A stretch of DNA of 64,000 nucleotides from Pseudomonadota bacterium (GTDB taxonomy: Bacteria; Desulfobacterota; Desulfovibrionia; Desulfovibrionales; Desulfovibrionaceae): assembly GCA_018817515.1 (NCBI GenBank), contig JAHIUD010000044.1, positions 7,031 to 71,030 on the forward strand, read 5' to 3'. Shown one piece after another: positions 61,691-64,000 of the stretch. The position numbers and the translations under genes were made by a program. Numbering within the stretch: the stretch's first letter is position 1; every line of letters starts with the position of its first letter. The notes under the pieces were generated by a model. That model worked only from the letters and a program-made list of their open reading frames with translations. It had not been told where the DNA came from and did no database searches.

Positions 61691-61710
61691 TGCTACTCTT
61701 GATGCTACTC
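61691..61710. promoter_or_regulatory. direct repeat TGCTACTC-N4-TGCTACTC upstream of the small-protein gene
   Basis: Read directly. 12-bp phasing, about 65-85 nt upstream of the 61628 start on the minus strand. Confidence 0.2.
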
Positions 61711-61745
61711 TACTTCTCCTGAAAATCAATACCCCTCGTCGGGCC

Positions 61746-62372
61746 TCAGGCTGCGGGCCTCGGCAGGGCAAGAACCACGCCCATGCCGCCGGGACCAGCG
61801 CTGACGCCGATGCCCAAGGCGGCGGTCACCTCGGCCAGATTGCCCCAGGCCGGGGTGGCGCGCAATGCCTCGAAGCCCGGAGAATCCAGCCGCACCACGC
61901 CCAGTCCGCCCTGTTCCTCTACGGAGAGCATGAGCTGCGTGCCCATGGGCAGGGCGACAAGCGCCGCATCCAGGGCCGCGCCAACGGCGTCCATGACCTC
62001 CACGGCGCGCAAGGATGTGCGCAGTCCTGTGCGCCCCGGGGCCAGCACCAGGGTGATCTTGCGCCGGGCGGCGTCCCTGCGCGAGAGCCCAACCAGGGCG
62101 CGCACGGCCTCGTTGATGTCGGCCCCGGCGGGGCTTTTCTCCGGCGCGTGGGCGCAGAAGTTGAGCTGCTCGGTGAGGACCATGCCGCGCTCCACCTGTT
62201 CGGCCAGAACGGTGAGCCCCTTCTTGAAGCGCTCGGCGTGGGCAAAGCCCTCGCTGCTCATGGCCAAAAGGTCGTCCATGAGCCCGGAGGACTCGCGGAT
62301 GGTCGCAAGGATGTTCTGCAACTCGTGGGTGGCCGAGGCCGTCACCCGGCCCATGAACAGCGCGTCGCGCAT
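61746..62372 (-). CDS. soluble histidine-kinase-like protein with an intact H-box and a degenerate ATP-binding domain
   Basis: H-box SATHELQNILATI. No input domain or TM segment. No clear N-box Asn or DxGxG G1 box; only GPGGMG. Confidence 0.68.
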   Translation of the reverse strand: MRDALFMGRVTASATHELQNILATIRESSGLMDDLLAMSSEGFAHAERFKKGLTVLAEQVERGMVLTEQLNFCAHAPEKSPAGADINEAVRALVGLSRRDAARRKITLVLAPGRTGLRTSLRAVEVMDAVGAALDAALVALPMGTQLMLSVEEQGGLGVVRLDSPGFEALRATPAWGNLAEVTAALGIGVSAGPGGMGVVLALPRPAA

Positions 62373-62384
62373 GGCTTGCCCCTC

Positions 62385-62798
62385 CTACTGCCCGTCGGTC
62401 TTGCCCGCCAGGGTGGCGGCCTTCTTGGCGTAGTCGATGGCCGATTCCATCTTCTCGATGAGCGTGTCGATGTTCAGCGGCTTCATCATGTAGTCATACG
62501 CACCCAGGCGCATGCCCTCGATGCCGTCGCGGGTGCTCCCGTGGCCGGTGAGGAGCAGCACCTGGACCAGAGGGTTGGTGCGCTTGACGCGCTCCAGCAC
62601 TTCCAGACCCTTGATGCCGGGCATGAGCACGTCGAGGATGACCACGTGGGGCTCCTCGGCGGCGATGGCCTCAAGCGCGCTCTCGCCATCAAAGGCCACA
62701 CGGGCGGGGATGCCGCGCAACTCCAGGCGTTCGGCCAGGGTGGTGATGAACTCGCGTTCGTCGTCCACGAGCAGGATCTTCCAGTCTTTTGCGTTCAT
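62385..62798 (-). CDS. stand-alone response regulator (REC only)
   Basis: Start at MNAKDWKILLVDDE with an ATGA overlap onto the upstream kinase stop. VILDVLMPG and MKP. Confidence 0.9.
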   Translation of the reverse strand: MNAKDWKILLVDDEREFITTLAERLELRGIPARVAFDGESALEAIAAEEPHVVILDVLMPGIKGLEVLERVKRTNPLVQVLLLTGHGSTRDGIEGMRLGAYDYMMKPLNIDTLIEKMESAIDYAKKAATLAGKTDGQ

Positions 62799-64000
62799 GC
62801 CAGTGCCTCCCGCTGCCCCTTGGGCAGGGTGATGGTGAGCGTGGTGCCCACGCCTTGCTCGCTCTCGACGGCGATGTCGCCGCCCAGGCGTTTGATGATG
62901 CCGTAGGTGATGGACAGGCCAAGCCCGGTGCCCTTGCCCTTCTTGGTAGTGAAGAACGGCTCGAAGATGTGCTTCAGGGTGTCGTCGGACATGCCGCAAC
63001 CGTTGTCCCGCACGATGATCTCCACGTTTTCCCCTGCATCGCGGGCCATGGCCACGATGCGCCCGCCATCGGCCACGGCGGCCAGGGCGTTGTTGAAAAG
63101 GTTCAGGAAGACCTGCTGGAGCTGGCTTCGGTCGGAGAAGATGCGCGGCAGCTCGGGGTCGACCTCCAGGCGCACATCGACCTTGCGGTGCATGGCCTCA
63201 TTGGAGAGGAAGCCAGCGGTCTCCTTGATGATCTCGCCCACATCCAGGTCCTCGATGCTCACGTCCATGCGCCGGGCAAAGCCGAGCATGCGGTGGGTGA
63301 TGCCCCGGCAGCGCTCCACGGAGCGCAGGATGCTCTCCACCTGGGCGTCGATCTTGGCCTTGGCCGGGAAGTCCTCCTCCCGGGCCATGATGTCCTTCAT
63401 CAGCCCGGCCTTCTCGTTGATGATGGCCAGGGGGTTGTTGATCTCGTGGGCCACGCCCGCGGCCAGCCGCCCGATGCTGGAGAGCTTCTGGGAGTGCTCC
63501 ACCTGCCGCAGCGCCATCTCGCGGCGCTCCTCGGACTCCTTCATGCGCCCGATGAGCACGTCGGTGACGCGGTAGGCGGCCACGAACACGGCCACCACGC
63601 CCAGGGCGAAGATGAACAGCAGGTCCCCGCGCACGGTGTACCAGGTCTTGAGCACGGAGCCCTGCGGCTTCACGGCGATGAGCGCGAAGTCGGCATCGGG
63701 GAAGTAGGCGTAGGACACGTAGACGTCACGCCCCAGCGGGTCGACCATGGTCAGCACCGCAGGCTCGTAAGTCTGGGGCGGCAGGGCGAAGGTCATTTTT
63801 TCCAGCACCTTGCCGTAATTGCTGGAACTGGTCTGCATGATTCCCTGGCTGTTGACCAGGAAGGCGTCGGCGTCGGGCTCCAGGCTCATGCTCGCGATGA
63901 TGCGCTCGAACTGGTGGGTGTCCAGTGTGGCGCGGAGGATCCAGGTGCGCCCGTCCTCGGTCATGTGCTGCACGGCCACGATGACGTGGGGGAACTTGCG
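62795..64000 (-). CDS. membrane sensor histidine kinase, partial (N-terminus outside window)
   Basis: Frame is open to the window end. Periplasmic sensor-like region, TM segment (LLFIFALGVVAVFVAAY), H-box GVAHEINNPLA, then NLFNNALAA, DNGCGM and GTGLGLSITYG. Confidence 0.88.
   Translation of the reverse strand, partial: RKFPHVIVAVQHMTEDGRTWILRATLDTHQFERIIASMSLEPDADAFLVNSQGIMQTSSSNYGKVLEKMTFALPPQTYEPAVLTMVDPLGRDVYVSYAYFPDADFALIAVKPQGSVLKTWYTVRGDLLFIFALGVVAVFVAAYRVTDVLIGRMKESEERREMALRQVEHSQKLSSIGRLAAGVAHEINNPLAIINEKAGLMKDIMAREEDFPAKAKIDAQVESILRSVERCRGITHRMLGFARRMDVSIEDLDVGEIIKETAGFLSNEAMHRKVDVRLEVDPELPRIFSDRSQLQQVFLNLFNNALAAVADGGRIVAMARDAGENVEIIVRDNGCGMSDDTLKHIFEPFFTTKKGKGTGLGLSITYGIIKRLGGDIAVESEQGVGTTLTITLPKGQREALA

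Noticed and set aside
1-64000. Search for CRISPR arrays, tRNA/rRNA genes, transposases, integrases and obvious defence systems
   Set aside because: In the intergenic regions I inspected I saw no regularly spaced direct repeats, no T-loop/anticodon-arm-like sequences, and no recombinase- or nuclease-type ORFs. A by-eye scan cannot exclude small ncRNAs.

Overview
High-G+C bacterial chromosomal segment whose gene content looks Desulfovibrio/Desulfovibrionales-like; that assignment is an inference. About 56 credible CDS are tightly packed. I saw no rRNA, tRNA, CRISPR array, transposase or prophage genes. Many long ORFs in the track are antisense or out-of-frame shadows typical of GC-rich DNA and were rejected. 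In order: (1) the tail of a sigma-54 activator, a consensus sigma-54 promoter, and a complete Tad/Flp pilus locus (flp, cpaA-F, tadB/C/D, two TadE-like, one TadG-like), followed by a hybrid sensor kinase. (2) A minus-strand MprF / AcvB-VirJ / acyltransferase-3 lipid-modification operon. (3) A long minus-strand operon of HI0933-type flavoprotein, MATE pump, an orphan protein, LarE-LarB-LarC (nickel-pincer cofactor synthesis) and a DUF3431-like protein. (4) SGNH hydrolase, exonuclease III, and an EF-hand repeat protein co-transcribed with a glutaredoxin-like ORF that appears to be a UGA-recoded selenoprotein. (5) A compact alginate-like cluster: a PilZ/Alg44-HlyD-alginate-lyase fusion, Alg8 and AlgD. 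(6) BenE, a roughly 300-bp inverted-repeat element, a metallophosphoesterase, and a sensor kinase / lipoprotein / NtrC-type regulator module. (7) A large methyltransferase, an MCP, PpiD, aconitase, and a chorismate-mutase / degenerate EPSP-synthase-like fusion. (8) A livGKHMF-type ABC operon. (9) A dense six-gene two-component cluster. The most interesting items are the minimal c-di-GMP-linked Alg8/Alg44-lyase/AlgD cluster, the candidate Sec-recoded Uxx-stop glutaredoxin-like gene with a SECIS-like hairpin, the LarBCE set with a truncated LarC coupled to a DUF3431-like gene, and a short peptide motif shared by a small protein and a response-regulator tail in the kinase cluster. All family assignments rest on motif recognition from memory, not database searches.
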